The notes: generated from the sequence alone by a model not told the origin. A stretch of DNA of 61,550 nt, filler included, from Choristocarpus tenellus KU-1152 (GCA_964200185.2; 10 parts of 10 records of this genome joined end to end with filler, not necessarily neighbours in it), one strand, 5' to 3'; positions 12,866-26,400 are shown, numbered from the whole stretch's first letter. Program-made: numbers and translations.

Positions 12866-13425
12866 AACAAAACATCAAATACCTACTTGTGCTCCTTCCA
12901 TGTTAGAAATGATCACTATTACTGAATTGGGAGGAGTACATATTGACCAATCTGATCTCTTGTGTTGGAGGGATGTTGATGTTCTCATCGTTCCCTAGTG
13001 ACACGGCTTTCCTCCTTTGACGGTTTGAGATCAACTCTCGCATCTCAAGCGCGTTCTAGAAGATTGTTGATGTTCAAATCAGTTATTCTTTTTTCTCACT
13101 CCCCCACACAGCTACCCCTCCTGTAGTAATCTCTGAAGTAGAACAGTATTGCTTGGTCGAGATTGGAAGTGATCTAGTTGGGGTCCAACCCCCACTAATC
13201 TCAGACTTGTAGATCTTACTATATGAGAAATCTAAAATCAAGTGCCCGATGCAAGAACGTTCTCCTTTCTGGAATATTCTTCTGAAACATTATCGTTCTC
13301 TATGGAGTTCCAACTTTGTTTCTCTGCACATCTTATTCTACCTTTTGCTGTCGTAGTATTTTGACTTTTCTAAACATATTGAGTGTCCTTAGAAAGGCTG
13401 TAGAGCACTCAACACGAACACCCCC

Positions 13426-13490
13426 AGGTCAAAGTATCTGGGGGGTGGGGGGTGGTCTGCACTGGGGCGTCCATTTGGATCTTGACCAGG
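13426..13490 (+). mobile_element. MITE family B partial copy
   Basis: aggtcaaagtatctgggggg..ggtctgcactggggcgtccatttggatcttgaccagg. Confidence 0.75.
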
Positions 13491-14242
13491 TGTTTCAACA
13501 ATGATGCATTTGCTGTCTTCAGTAGTGAGGGTTTGCCTTTTTTTGACGTATTGTGGCATCAAATGCGTTTATGATGTGCGCTTGGCGCTTGGAAGCGTGT
13601 AGACTATGTGATTATGGGTTAGGAAAGTTATGTTGCTCTTGTGTTCAAATATTTGGGTTAGGCGGTTCTTGCTGTTTGGACGAGGGGTGGAAGAGGGGTT
13701 TACCTGTTGTAAATATTTCCCTTTGCGTTTTAGATGGTGGTATGAAGTACGGAATGGTATTCCATCTATGTTTGTTATCTATCTGTCAATGACTCTTGTG
13801 CCAGAGCATCACAAAGAGCCGAGGGAGAAGGGTTTTGAGTTGCATATTATACTGAGTCATGACCTTGGACGTATTGAGTGCACTTGGATTGCCGTTGTTA
13901 TTGGGTTAGAAACTGCGTCGATTGGTCTTAGCGTCATGTTGCATATATACACGTCCCAGGGTTAGTTGTGTGAGAGAGACAATCTTTGCATGGTATGCAT
14001 GTATAGGGTTAGAGGGGTGTTAAAACATGGGCTACTCATCTGTTTGTTCCTTGATACGATACAGTTCCACCACTGCTCAACACTGACTGTTGATTGGTCT
14101 GTTACGTTCTGGACATTACTTTCACTAGTTCGTCATCACCACNNNNNNNNNNNNNNNNNNNNNNNNNNNNNNNNNNNNNNNNNNNNTTAATTAATTAANN
14201 NNNNNNNNNNNNNNNNNNNNNNNNNNNNNNNNNNNNNNNNNN

Positions 14243-14315
14243 AAAACCCCGAGGGAAGCCAAGCCTCAAATGGACAAACAGGGCAAAACTCGTACCCTCT
14301 AAGATACTTTCAATC
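14243..14315 (-). mobile_element. MITE family A end (inverted), inserted in the copia integrase, truncated by the spacer
   Basis: caaatggacaaacagggcaaaactcgtaccctctaagatactttcaatc is the reverse complement of the family A 5' end. Confidence 0.9.
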
Positions 14316-16600
14316 AGCACGAAGGAAATACAACCAAACAAAACGAGAATAATCGTCCCGGATTATCATGGTGTATTGTTTACCACCGATTGAATAGGGT
14401 AGCCCTCTTCCCACTTAGGTCGACAAAACCTGATCCAGCTTTCTTATCGCCCTTGTAGACGTGCTGGACCGAATGCCATTCCGTATGCCCTTGGACATAG
14501 AGCAGCCCGCACATGACTCCAGCTCACCCACCAATGTAATGCCCATTGAAGAGGCGGTGGACTTGAGCAATGCCTCGTGTGCGTGGTCATAAGAGCGGTG
14601 ATAGAGGTTAATGTCGATCTACGTGTGGGGAGCGTGGGGTGCAAGCGAGGGGGCTATAGTGACCTTTAAAGCAGCTTCAGCATTTCGTTCTGGTCGCGGC
14701 AATATGCGTTGACCACGGAGGGTGTCGTGGCAACCAGGATCTCTTTTGAAGGTAAGTACTCCATCTAACAGCGAGAATGTGCTGGCTGTGAAAATGACTT
14801 TCGCACCCTTATCAGCTGCTGCTTGGCAAGAGAAAAGGTTGAATCCAAGATCAGGGACATGAGCGATATTTTGAAGATGTATTTCTACCTCCTTGTTGTC
14901 ACGTGACGGAAACAAGAGTGAAAGTATCTTAGAGGGTACGAGTTTTGCCCTATTTGTCCATTTGGGACTTGGCTTCCCTCGGGGTTTTTTTATTATATTT
15001 CATACTCCAAAATATTTCAGAGTAGGTAAAATGTGTAGGTTATTAAAAGGTGTGTCCGCAACATCGACATTGACCCTTCCTAACACACACGATAGCCAAA
15101 ATAACCTCAAAATTGCAGCACTGGATATTGATCCCCAAATGGACGCGGCCCTACCCTCTAAGATACTTCGGCTCCAAGATGATTAGATCACCATGACCAG
15201 CGATGCAAAAGGAATTTCGGCTGGCAGTGACTACCCTTTCGTTTCCAACGCAAGGCTTGTATTTTGTCATGTGAGCTATCATATTAGTTACGTGACATGA
15301 AGCCTCACTGTCCAAAATCCATTCTTCTCTCTCGCGGCCAACCCCAACACTTGACACCAAACATTCGTTTGCCCCACACTTGCCTGGAGCATTGCTGCTC
15401 GGAGAGTCCTCAGTGGCGACCAGTGTGCGTATCGCTCGTCGTCGCCGCAGCTGGTGGTACTTTCCACAGTAATGTGGGAAGGATTCGCCTCAGTCTCGAT
15501 CTCTTCTTTCTCAGACTGTACCGTAGTCAAGAACACCAAAGTGCATGTTGTTGCATCATGGGCATGTCCACCAAATTTGGTGCAAATGCGGTTTGGGCAA
15601 GCTGGTTTCTCATGTCCATGCTTACGGCATTTCTCACAAGGAATCTTCTCGGAACGTTTTGGGTTGGAATTAGAACCATTTTTCTTTCTTCCACCATTAA
15701 ACCTTACGTTCGGCCTCGCGACCTTGGCCGTTGCGATAAGACTGACTCTCTTCCCTTGCGATGAGCTGCTAACAAACAAAGCATGGTTGTTCTTGTGTCT
15801 TGAGTCCTTGCCCTCATGAAGCAAAGCATATCGCTCTCTAGCAGTTTTCTCTACGTCTGCTAGACATAGTGTTCTCTGCGAGGCCATCATGCCTATCTCG
15901 GTATTTTAATCTGATCCGAGAGCACTCAGAAACTGTAGGAGCAGCAGCTTGTCCGAGATGACCAGGTCCACTAATAGCATCCTCCCCCATTGCTCTTCCA
16001 GGTGGTTTAAGGTCAGGATTGGATTCGCCCCCTTCTCCACCTTTGAAGTGAAAAACTCACGGAACAAATGTTGTCTATTACCCACTGTATTAGGCATGAA
16101 CCAATCATTTATTGCTCAGAAAAGATTGCTTGGGCTTTGGTGTGTATAGCACATTGCACTGGTGGTGGGTGCAACGAGAGCAACAGTAAGTGCATGGTAG
16201 ACCTCTTCGGCCATCCAGATATCATTCGCACTGAAGCCGTCCGAGAGAAGTTTCTCGTTGGAGCGTTCTTGATTCACTGGTCTTTCACTTGTCAACGCAT
16301 TCAAACAGTGAGTATATCTGCAATGTACGATGAAACGCCTCTGCCAGTCCCGGTAGTCCGAGTCGTCCAATAGTTTCGGTGGTTGGGTTCTTGATCTCTT
16401 TGTCGCAGTAGGGTGAACAATATGTGCGCCTGACCCCAAGCTCTCCGAAGAACCGGACCTCGGGCTCGCCCCACTTCTGATGCTCGCAGCATCCAAACTG
16501 TTTCCTCTCTCTGGGAAATTTCCCTCAACATGGGTTCCATAGGACCCACTTGGACTGGTACGCCCCCAGCCGGAGGTCTTGTGCTGGGCACAGCGGCCTG
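14316..16600 (-). mobile_element. Degenerate Ty1/copia LTR retrotransposon (gag, zinc knuckle, protease, start of integrase)
   Basis: In copia order on the - strand: PPKLLDDSDYRDWQRRF (gag), CEKCRKHGHEKPAC (CCHC), EEWILDSEASCHVT (protease), LQNIAHVPDLGFNLFS, then VFVDLSG and SIGGKQYTMIIRDDYSRFVWLYFL (integrase core). Contains stops and frameshifts. Confidence 0.92.
14916..15174 (+). mobile_element. MITE family A copy inserted in copia pol, 3-bp TSD CAA
   Basis: CAA at 14913-14915 and 15175-15177; removing the element plus one CAA restores the frame ...GDLIIL-FPSRDNKEVEIHLQN. Confidence 0.95.
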
Positions 16601-17317
16601 GACGACGGGATGATTTCCGTAGCCGACTCTTTCAGACTAAACCATGAGATTGCCAACGTTTCTTGATAACTCCGCTACCGTCGCCATAAGTTGGGTCTGA
16701 ATTCTTGGACAGATGGGCCCTCGGAAGGAACAGGTTCCCGCAATTCTTGAATCGCATCTCCTCGTGTAGACATGATGAAATGTTGGGTGAAAACCTAAGG
16801 TTAATATATTGTGTTAAAGTATCCCCAAAATTATCAAAGAGGGTAAGGGTGATAAACCCAGCGAGATTGCATGGTGTCTGTAGAGTGATTGATTAAAGTT
16901 AGGTGGGGCATGCAATGCCCCATAAAAACATAAATATTTCCTTTTATATGAGAAAAAGTATCATTCAACTAATCACTAGTAAAAGGTTCTGATAACTCAA
17001 CCACTAATTGATTGTTCTGTTACTCCATACATATTTTACCGTAACTGTCCGATAGACTTGGAAGAGTCTAATCGAACATCTCTTGTCGAACTGGGAACAT
17101 ATTTGAACAAAGGGGCAAACAGTGCTAGACTGCGAAAGAACATTGGTTGCCAATGGTATGGAGTGCAAACCAAATCAATCATGCCAGGGGGATACTCGTC
17201 TGCCCTGTGTGTGGCATTGGGTGCAAGTGAAGGCAAGTACACCTAGGCAATCCGTCTCAGTAGCACTGTGGAAAATGGAAAAGTTAATAAATTGAGCAGC
17301 TTGCTGTCCTGCGATAA

Positions 17318-17740
17318 ACTGTGGGAAAACTATGCAAAAGAGAACTACTCAAGTAGAGTATTTTGCTTTGTGGGGTATGGATATGTTTATTAGCGGAGTG
17401 AGCACAGCCCTTGGTGGTGGGGGGTGCTCTCTCTCATTATCTTATTGTTTATTACGTGTATCAGCTGACTGCACATCAGCTGATACATCAAAACGTGTCA
17501 TGCCGTTACATCGTACTATGTCACTTATCCCGTGTAGCTAGTACTATGTCAGAACTCCTCCATCAGTCCATTTATATCAAGTAATAAGAAATCGATCATC
17601 TGATATTCGAACTCATTACCTTACAAACACGAACACAAGTCAATGACACTTGTTACACTTAGCCAACATTCCTGTTATCTAGTAGTGTTCACTAAACGCC
17701 TATAAACCATATAGACTATGAGTCTATATTGCACAAAAAC
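17318..17740 (+). repeat. Dispersed repeat shared with ~49560-49855
   Basis: ctatgcaaaagaga.ctactcaagta...tttattagcggagtgagcac...gtgctctc and ctataaaccatatagacta..agtctatatt occur in both places. Confidence 0.85.
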
Positions 17741-19069
17741 AACAATACCTACCTGCTCAATCCAGCGTTCTTATTTGACTTGGCAGTCCCCATAATCCTG
17801 TTTCTAAACATGCATGCAAAATCTCAAACATATCCCAATCTGCGAGCACCTCCAGTGCTGCATCGGGCTCCATAGACATATGTATCACTTCTCTATCGTA
17901 CACAGGAAAACACTAGTGAGAACTACATGTGAGGGTATCAACGAAGAAACGATATGTGAGTGGAGGCTGGTGTTTGCAGATCTCACAGTGAGCATGTATA
18001 ATGCCCACTTGTCCAAGAATATGCTTGAGGGACTTGCAGCTGAGAAAATGAGTGTGACAAGGGAGGACTGGATAAAGCCTGGTGGTGCGTCTATCACGAC
18101 CTTGAGGGTTCCTGCATCCCAGCTGAAAAGTGGGGCTTGATCGCAGAAGATTGGACAGGCGGTACAGGTGTGTGGAGGATGGAGACAAACGCTAAATTTT
18201 CATTTAGAGTACAAGGAAGGCTGAAACATTCGCAGCGCGCCATGAAATAATAGCATCAGTACTGATGGTGGTATCTATTTGTTGCCAGTGGGAATACGGA
18301 ACTTGATCTGATTTCTTCCTGATCTTTGACTGCGAGTGGGGATATCCTCATCTCTGGACTTTTTTTGGTCCATGACAATAGAACTGATACTTTGGGTTTG
18401 ACTTTGAGGCCATTTTAAGTTTTTCATGTTTTTATTGCATTTCTTCCTTTTTTGTGTATGTAATATTTTTTTTCTTCCTATTTTTTGTTGTTCTATTTCT
18501 GGATCTCTCTTCTTGTTCTACGTAACTACTTTCCTTCTCTTCTATTCTTCCTGTGTGTAGCCCTTTTCACCGCAGGTCCAATCATGTTGTATGTTGCGTC
18601 TTTCCAGGACCTTTCACCCAAACAGCAGTTAGCAGGACTGACATACTGGATTGGGGGTTTAGGCCAACCCATGCGCCTATTTTCAATCTTAAAATGGCTC
18701 CGTTCCGGTCCCGTTAAGACATATTTTACCCTGGTCGGCTCATGGTCTGGTGCCACCCTGATAAGACATAATTTTCTCAGTCGGTCTGTGGGCCTGGTCC
18801 GGTTGTTCTGTTTGATGGACCTGGACCGATATTTGTAAATGACATCACTGTTTTTGTGGCCCTGTCAGATCACACAAATTGTGGAGACATTATTTACAAA
18901 TTAAAAAATTCCTTCTATTATGGATTGTATGATTCTGTGGCGGTGTGGTTCACTCAGTCAAGGTGGTGAAGAGAATCACCAGTCAAGACAGACCAGACGA
19001 ACCAAGACGAACAGTGAGCGCGAGAACAAGGATAAGGTTGAACAAGTGCAAGACTGCAAGGAATCGTGT

Positions 19070-19275
19070 TACCATGGCAGCACCCTACCCATGTGACCGT
19101 GAGACGTTTCGTTGGTATCCTATAGTTGTTTGTATCTATAGTTCTGAAGGGGGAGGGTCTAAACCAGTACCCTATTTGAGTGCTATTATGATTTTGCATC
19201 CATATTCATTGGTGTTGATATTTGTGAGGGGGGAGAGTCTTGTTATGATCCTCCCTATTTTTCTGTTATTTTGAG
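19070..19275 (-). repeat. Dispersed repeat module; reverse complement of the tandem ~240-bp unit at 37276-37700
   Basis: ccctattt.agtgctatt...attttgcat.catattcatt.gtgttgatatttg matches both 37-kb units inverted. Confidence 0.85.
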
Positions 19276-19974
19276 ACAGTCTTTTTTGTTTATACTAACT
19301 CCATGCCATAGGTCTGTGCCACGTTCTCCATAACCTTTGAAGATGTTGATGAAATTCATTTCTGGAAGAAGATTTGGAATCCTTGACGATTTTCTGATTA
19401 GAGTCAGCTCTTTCTATTATTTTTACTCCCCATCCATCACAATTGTATCAGCCACAGAAAATGCCTCCATGTCTACCGTCGGTGGGTTTTCAACCTCACC
19501 AGACAACTGCCTCTTCTTCCTTACCCCTGTGTGCTCCACACTGAAGTCATTCCCCCTTTGTATCTAAGTACTTGTGTTACAGGCGAATAACGCGAGTATT
19601 TCTTCCTGCACTTTAACCAGCGCGAGCAGTGTACGTGCATGGGGAACCCCAAAAGGGGGAACTCCGATTTGCCAAAAGGTTGCTGAATAAAATCTGTAAC
19701 TAGGGAAAGTTGCAAAGGGTCCCAGATGGAAAGGTCGCAAAGGTTCTCAGATATATTTCAATGTCTGTAAACCAAAAGAAGCCCCAACGGTAAATGATGA
19801 TAAGATATCCAATAAACGGCTCCAAACGGCTCAGTTCTTCTGACCTAAAAGACCCACCTATTCAATTCTCTCTTAACTGATACCAATATACACACTTTTC
19901 TTGCGCTACTTGATTCACCTGAGAGTACTACTGTTCCGCTGAGCTGATGTGCGTTGGTCTGTGAATTGGATTTG

Positions 19975-20640
19975 TGTTATATGTCCTGTGGAGGTGCGTT
20001 CCGAGGGGCGCCTGTAACATGGAGGTCCTACCGCCTCTCTTCAAACTGGAGGGATTAATCCTGTTTCACCTTAACATTTAGGACTCTTTGTAGCTTCCCA
20101 TGCTGCTTGGATTCTTTCTTGTTCCACCTGGATTCTTTTCTTGTCCCACCTGGGTTTGTTGTCGTCTTTCGTCGTCTACGGGATTCCCTCCTTGGGCTCG
20201 TCGTCTTCATGGTCTGAGGGCTTCTGTGGCTCTGAGGGAATCGCCCTCCTCTGGCCGTAAAACGAGTGGCCTCTGATCGCCACATCACTCGCCTATAGTC
20301 ATAACATGAGTAGCTTCTGACCGCCATGGTATAGATGGCGCCTAGGTAGTTCTGCCTCGCCATTCGTACACTCACATTCCCGATCTGTTTTTCGTGTATC
20401 ACACTGTTCTTTTATTTCACAGGTTCTGCTGGAAATCAGTGATTCGGAGATGTTCCTGCCCAAGGCCAGACTTGCGAGAACTCTTGCAGCAGTCATGACG
20501 GATCAGCGTGTTTGTGCATCGCGTCCACTCATCAACAACTTCACCCCTTTCCACATCAAGCTCATCGAAAACTCTTGTCCTTCTTAGGACACACAGCAGT
20601 CCTTTCAGGTGCTTCGTCTGCAATCGATGTCCCACGCATC
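19975..20640 (-). mobile_element. Dispersed repeat with decayed ORF end, possibly a non-LTR retrotransposon 3' region; second copy 38328-38760 (+)
   Basis: The reverse complement of 19980-20408 matches 38328-38755 (acagtgtgatacacgaaaaacag.tcgggaatgtgagtgtac.aatggcgagg.agaactacctaggc...). Class assignment is inference. Confidence 0.55.
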
Positions 20641-21009
20641 AAAGGACAGCTCTTACAGGTCCGTTGAGACGACGTTACGGCAACTGAGTGGTTCATATTT
20701 TAGTGAGAGAATACCCCCTTTTTTGCATGGCCAGCCGAAAAGCGTGGTAAAGGTTGCCATGTGTTATTTTTTTTTTAAGACAGAGAAAGATGTGACGCAG
20801 ATGGCTGCAGCCATAGCCTAGTTTTGCAGTATTGAGCTTACACTGTGGACTCGCGGATGCCCTGTTTATATGAAGTTGTTTTGGGGGGGGATACATAGGC
20901 GAAGATCTCATTGATTTGTACTAACTCCCCACTCTCCTCCCAAACGTCCTAACCAAATTGAAGGCTACAAAACAAATAGGATATTTATCTTAGAAAGAAA
21001 TTGAAGTCA

Positions 21010-21800
21010 AACTTACCCACTAGCAATTTCCTAGAGTAACTAATCCTTTGGGGACCGAAATGGTAAACCATCGAATTAAAGTAGAACGGATTATTGATGA
21101 TCCCATAAAAGAATTATCCGATTGAAGCGACCGATACTCACTTTCCCAGCCAATCAAAATGCTCCAAAAGTTGTATTGTATCGGGAGAAGACTCAACACT
21201 CCTTTGGGTTGATGATAGATCTGCTTGCTATGTTTACTAGTATGTCATACCCTTCCGCTGCCGCATCCGAAACCCCGATCGTCAGGCAGAAACTGGGACT
21301 ATATCACCGCAATAGGACGTCCATACACGAAGAGGTATCAAGCCAAACTTTACTGTTATGCAGAGAGGTTGTCAACCGTGTATGGGCAGTCCGCTTCAAC
21401 CTGTGTTAACCCAGAACTCCTAGCCAGCTGTCTGTAATTCCTAAAATACTGAACCTTCCTCTGTTCCCGGCAAACACGGTACCTCGTTCGCTCAAATAAA
21501 AAAAAATAAAGCAATGCATCAAAACCCCGTTCGACCAGGCATATCCGTTCCCCAGCCGGTGCTTTGAGCCCTACCTGCTTTAGCCACAGACAGGGCGAAT
21601 GATAGAAGTCGGCACGATTTGGGCAAAGGCTTACCTCCATCTTCCACCTCCACAAGACGAAATCGACATAGGGCTAAAGGCGCACCGAGTTTGCTTTCCT
21701 TATGCCTGTAGTCAAGACTGCTTCACGTCTATAACTGACGAGTGCAGGTATACGTAATACGACTCGTTAGTTCCCAGAGGAATCCATTCATACCTTTCGG
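21010..21800 (+). mobile_element. Second copy of the unclassified gag-like/CCCH repeat (see 10560-11495)
   Basis: Nucleotide homology with 10745-11490 inverted; translation VCFPYACSQDCFTSITDECRYT*. Confidence 0.6.
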
Positions 21801-22229
21801 GGGTTGTTTAGCTCAGCTCAACATGGCAGGCAAAGGTACCTTAAATGCAGCAAACCCCAGAGGGCGCAATATTCTACCAGTGCTGGTACTGAGGTCATGC
21901 AAACTTCTAATAGCGCTTTCCCCAGAGGAAAAAGTGCGCAATATGACTTTTAGGATATAATGGTGGGGCTGCCATACCAAATTATTTTTAGGAGCAACAT
22001 TTTGTAGACAACACTAGGGTGAACTGTCATTTAGAGAGTGTCAATGCTCCCAACCATCACCACTGCCACCATGGGTACCTTTTGTCAACATTCCAACACC
22101 CAAATGAAGCAGAAACGATGTACCCTTGTCAGACTTTAGCAAATGGCATTGTAGTACAAAGGAAAGTTCTAAGATGGATAGTTGTTAGACTAGGTAACTA
22201 AACAGAAGAAATGAACAACTTTACCTTGC

Positions 22230-22954
22230 TACAGTTGGATGTTTATCATACCTTCTAGGACCTTCACAACCCTAACATCCTCCGGAAAAAAGGGTATGCT
22301 TCCAAAAGAGACAGGAAGAAGAGTATCCCTTGGGGACCAGAGGAGCAGAAAGCCTTTGAAGAACTTAAGGTGCGTCTGGTCTCTCCACCAATCCTTGTCT
22401 TTCCTGACTGGTACAAACCGTTCCTCCTCCATACAGATGCAAGTGAAGAAGGGGCTAGAGCAACCCTGACCCAGGTACAGGATGATGACCAAGAACATGT
22501 CATAGCATATGCTAGCCATAGATGGTTTAAAACAGACAGTAGGAGAGCACCCACTGAAAGGGAATGCATGGCCATCTTGTGGGCTGTAGAACACTTCCGC
22601 TCCTACATTTGGGGTAGGGAATTCACCCTAGTCACTGACTGCTCTGCACTGACCTGGCTCTTCAAGAGTTGTGAAGTCAGCCCCAACCTCCACAGGTGGG
22701 CCCTCCGTCTTATGGACCACGATATGGAACTGAAGTGGCGAGCAGGCTCGAAGCACCAGCTACCGGATGGACTATCACGACTCTCCTCACCAACAGGATC
22801 AGGTTTGGATATCGACGATTCTTTTCCTGACCATCCGTCAGTAGCTTGCAGCAAGAACTACGCTGGACCACGAGGACCTGTCTTAGATGGTGTATGTTTG
22901 CAGGATTTAGGTACATCAGACCTAAGCCCAGGTCACCCCACACTGTTCCCTTGA
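22230..22954 (+). mobile_element. Ty3/gypsy pol remnant (RT connection + RNase H)
   Basis: WGPEEQKAFEELK-RLVSPPILVFPDWYKPFLLHTDAS...VIAYASH...TERECMAILWAVEHFRSYIWGREFTLVTDCSAL...LHRWALRL...PDGLSR is canonical gypsy RNase H. Confidence 0.95.
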
Positions 22955-23308
22955 TCTCTCTGTGCGTTGGTAGATTCAGAACTAGAGTATACTCCCCCCT
23001 CACATGATGAACCGAGTCTAGGTGTAGCACAAATGCTACTTCAGGGAACAGTTGATACCACACTCTCAGGAATACTGTCAGCTCTGCAAGATTGCCACAA
23101 GGGACCTGATAATCGAGACTTAAGCGTTCGAGGTTGGTTACCACTCAGTAGTTCCCAGGATCAAAGTCTGTCAGTGTGTATACCCCCTCCCTCTGGTTGG
23201 ATGACCCCAGATAAAATACCAAGTGGAGACCCGACACACATCCTACAACAACTCCTTCCCCCGCTCAACGCCTCTAACACTTTTGGTTGGCAACCCTTAG
23301 ACCCTACC

Positions 23309-23524
23309 GAGCCAAAGTATCTTAGAGGGTAGAGCCACGTCCATTTGGGGACCAAAGTCCAATGTTGCAATTTTGATGCAATTTTGGCTATTGCGTTTGT
23401 TTAGGAAGTGTCAATATCCATGTTCCTGACACACTTTTTCATAACATATACACTTTATCTACTCCTAAACATTTCGGAGAAGGAAAATGTCATAAAAGAA
23501 CCCATGGGAAGCCAAGCCCCAAAT
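23309..23524 (-). mobile_element. MITE family A copy, inverted, truncated by the spacer
   Basis: gagccaaagtatcttagagggtagagccacgtccatttgggg... runs to the contig end. Confidence 0.92.
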
Positions 23525-23652
23525 NNNNNNNNNNNNNNNNNNNNNNNNNNNNNNNNNNNNNNNNNNNNTTAATTAATTAANNNNNNNNNNNNNNNNNNNN
23601 NNNNNNNNNNNNNNNNNNNNNNNNAAGTGGGAGAGTGGAGTTGGGGGGTGTA

Positions 23653-23693
<41 letters not shown>
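23653..23693. repeat. Poly-G tract (41 nt)
   Basis: Homopolymer near a contig start. Confidence 0.9.
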
Positions 23694-23694
<1 letters not shown>

Positions 23695-24439
23695 GATTTA
23701 ACTCTTCTGAGTTCTCTGCAGTCCTTCTTTAACTTCGTGCAATGTACACCTTGCCCATGCCTGAAAGGCATTCAGCCCCCCTTTAGGAAGGTGTGACTGT
23801 AGAGGAGAAAATATTTAGGAATGATATGTAACGCATTGCATATCTACTAACCAAAAGTGCCCTTCGCAGTGCCCAGAACACCATGTACCACAAGAGAATC
23901 ATAGGGGGTCCTTGCAACTCGGTGACACTCCCCTCTTAGATAGTACCTCAATGCTAACCCATTCTTTATTCAGAGGGGAGACTGTAAACATGTTACTCCG
24001 AATGCCAATATTGTTATTGCTATGATACCCCTCTACTGTCCATGATTGTGCAGTTAGTAAATCACAGGACATACCCTGCTGGGGGGCGATGGTGTGTGTG
24101 ACGTTCATGCACGGTATTGTGTGCTGAGCATGATTTTCTGTTGCTCTGTGGTGCTCTGTGGTGCATCTTTTTTTTCTTCTGTGATGTACGTCGCTGATAT
24201 ATACATGTATATATATTTTTTTTGTTGTAGGGTGAGGAAATGTAGGGGGACTTCTATAGGGTTGGTAGGTTGGTCTTGATTAACTCTGCTGAGGTGCTAT
24301 TACACAAAAAATATATATATATATCTGTAAATGTATATGTGTATGTATGTGCATATGTATATGTGTATATATACATTCTGTTGATGAACGTCGCGGTTCT
24401 TTCCTTTTCTGGTGTGCCTCGAAAAAGGAATATGTACCC

Positions 24440-26400
24440 TTTTTGTGACCCTTTTTCTGTTGATAACGCCTTCTTGGATTGGCACGTACATATTCCCTCC
24501 TGCACTCCGAGGTCGTTTGCACGCCTCCATATCTTGTCCAACTCGTTTGCCCTGTGCTTTGTTTTGCTCGGTCTGAATCCCCCTCACAGTTACCTTTGGA
24601 ACAAGGTGGCGGAAGTGCCGGGGTTGGACTTGTATGGCCCGCCTCCCAGTGGTGTGGGGGATAACCGAAACCCGCTAGTGTCTTTCAACAGTCGGGATGT
24701 TCATGCTAGTGACCTGTCATTCTTCTTGGATCAGGTGCAGAGTAATATGTAATGTGTAATGTGTAATGCGTAACACATTTTGATACCTTTGGTGTGTTCT
24801 GGTTCCTTTGTTAAGGATGGTCTCGAAGAGGTTTTGTCGTAGATGAGTAAAACTTGTGCCTGGGGAAGGCGTTTGCTGAGTGTTGTTTTTGTGTGGGTTA
24901 AGTAAGGTAAGGAGGGGGGGTTGGGTTGGTGGACGAAGTCGGATGTTTTTTTTTTGTGAGATTTTTTTTTTTTTTATTAAGGTTTTTTTGTGAGCGGATT
25001 CTCTCCCAGGGTTCTTTCTCATTAAATGGTTTTGGAAACGTGATGTCATGTTTGCGAAAATGTGACATCAGGTTAATGGAAATTTGGTATCGTGTTACTG
25101 GAAATGTGGTATCAGGTTAATGGAAATGTAATATATGTTAGTGGAAATGTTGTATCTTGTTTATGGAAATGAGATATCATGTTGTGGATTTATTATAGCC
25201 TGTTGTGCGAACTGTTTTGATCTGATACTGAATGGAGAAAGTATTGAAGAAAGATATATTTTCGTATGTTGTCCCTCTCTAAATTTTGATTGCTCTTGTG
25301 ATTACTGTTTCCAGAGCAAATGGCACATTTATATGTGTCCTGGTGATTTTCTCCTTGTTATATATAGTAGTAGTAGTAGTGAAGTGGAGTCTTGTGATAA
25401 TTTTCTTTTTCAATTCTGGGTCAACAGCACAGAACGTAATTTTTATTCTGTTTTTTGTTACTGATTTTTTTTTTTTGTTCTGGTGTGATAAAGGACACCT
25501 GCAATTGAGCTGGTACTTGTAATCTTTGATGGTGTGATTTTTGCCCATGGTAGAGAAAGCACTGCATTTGGAAAGGCAGGCAGGTCTGAATGATCAAGGC
25601 CTAGCAATTTTATATATTTCTGCGATTTGTTTGATTGAGTAATTATCGGTTTCGTATTTGATAGTATTCAATTGGTCTGATTGAGTTCCCTCTTGTTTCT
25701 GTAAAGGTTGTCCTCGCGGAGCCTGACTCTTGGGTCACCTTGACTCAAAATTTCTCTGTTGCACATGGAAATGCTTGATTCTTCCCATACGCTGCTTCCC
25801 ACATGCTTTGGTTGAATAGAGTACTTGCACTAGTATGTCCTTTCTCTTTTGGAACCCCATAAGTAGGCTGTACTGGTGAAAGTCTAAGGGCATTGCTGTA
25901 CAAGTTGGTGCTTGGGGTGTTCCAACAGCTGTACATCCCCCTCCTCCCTGGCAGGATGCACTGTCCATATCTGTGATGATAGTAGTGTATTCAATGCTTT
26001 GCACTTCTGAGGGCAGAGTCCTGTACAAGAAAGATGGCCCTTGCTGCCTTGCCAATGGTGGTTTTCAATGATCTTTGAATGTCGTTTGTCTTGTTTTTCA
26101 AGGGGTCTTGTTGTTGTTGCCATTGAGCTGCTCTCATATCCGTCCTTTCTTGGGTGGATATTTTGTTTTTCAAATATTTTAAGTGAGTTTTGCGGTTTAC
26201 AACCAAAGTGGATATGCTGCAAACCTACCTTCCCAGGTCTACCGTGAAATGCTCATTTCGCCCTTGCGTATTAAACGTGCCTTTTTATGACATTGAAATA
26301 TTGAGGCACTTGCCCGGCACAAGATTAATTCCTCGATGGTGTATTGGTATCTCAATATCTCTGTTGTCCTTACTATCAGAGACTGATTTGTCTCCCCGCT
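24440..26400 (-). mobile_element. Probable highly decayed non-LTR (LINE) retrotransposon pol 3' half
   Basis: Fragments HLKYLKNKIS... (KYLG-like), YGVPKEKGHTSASTLFNQ (LY.PK..GG.GL-like) and HILLC-like (C-terminal zinc finger) appear in LINE order, with many stops and microsatellite insertions. Confidence 0.45.
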
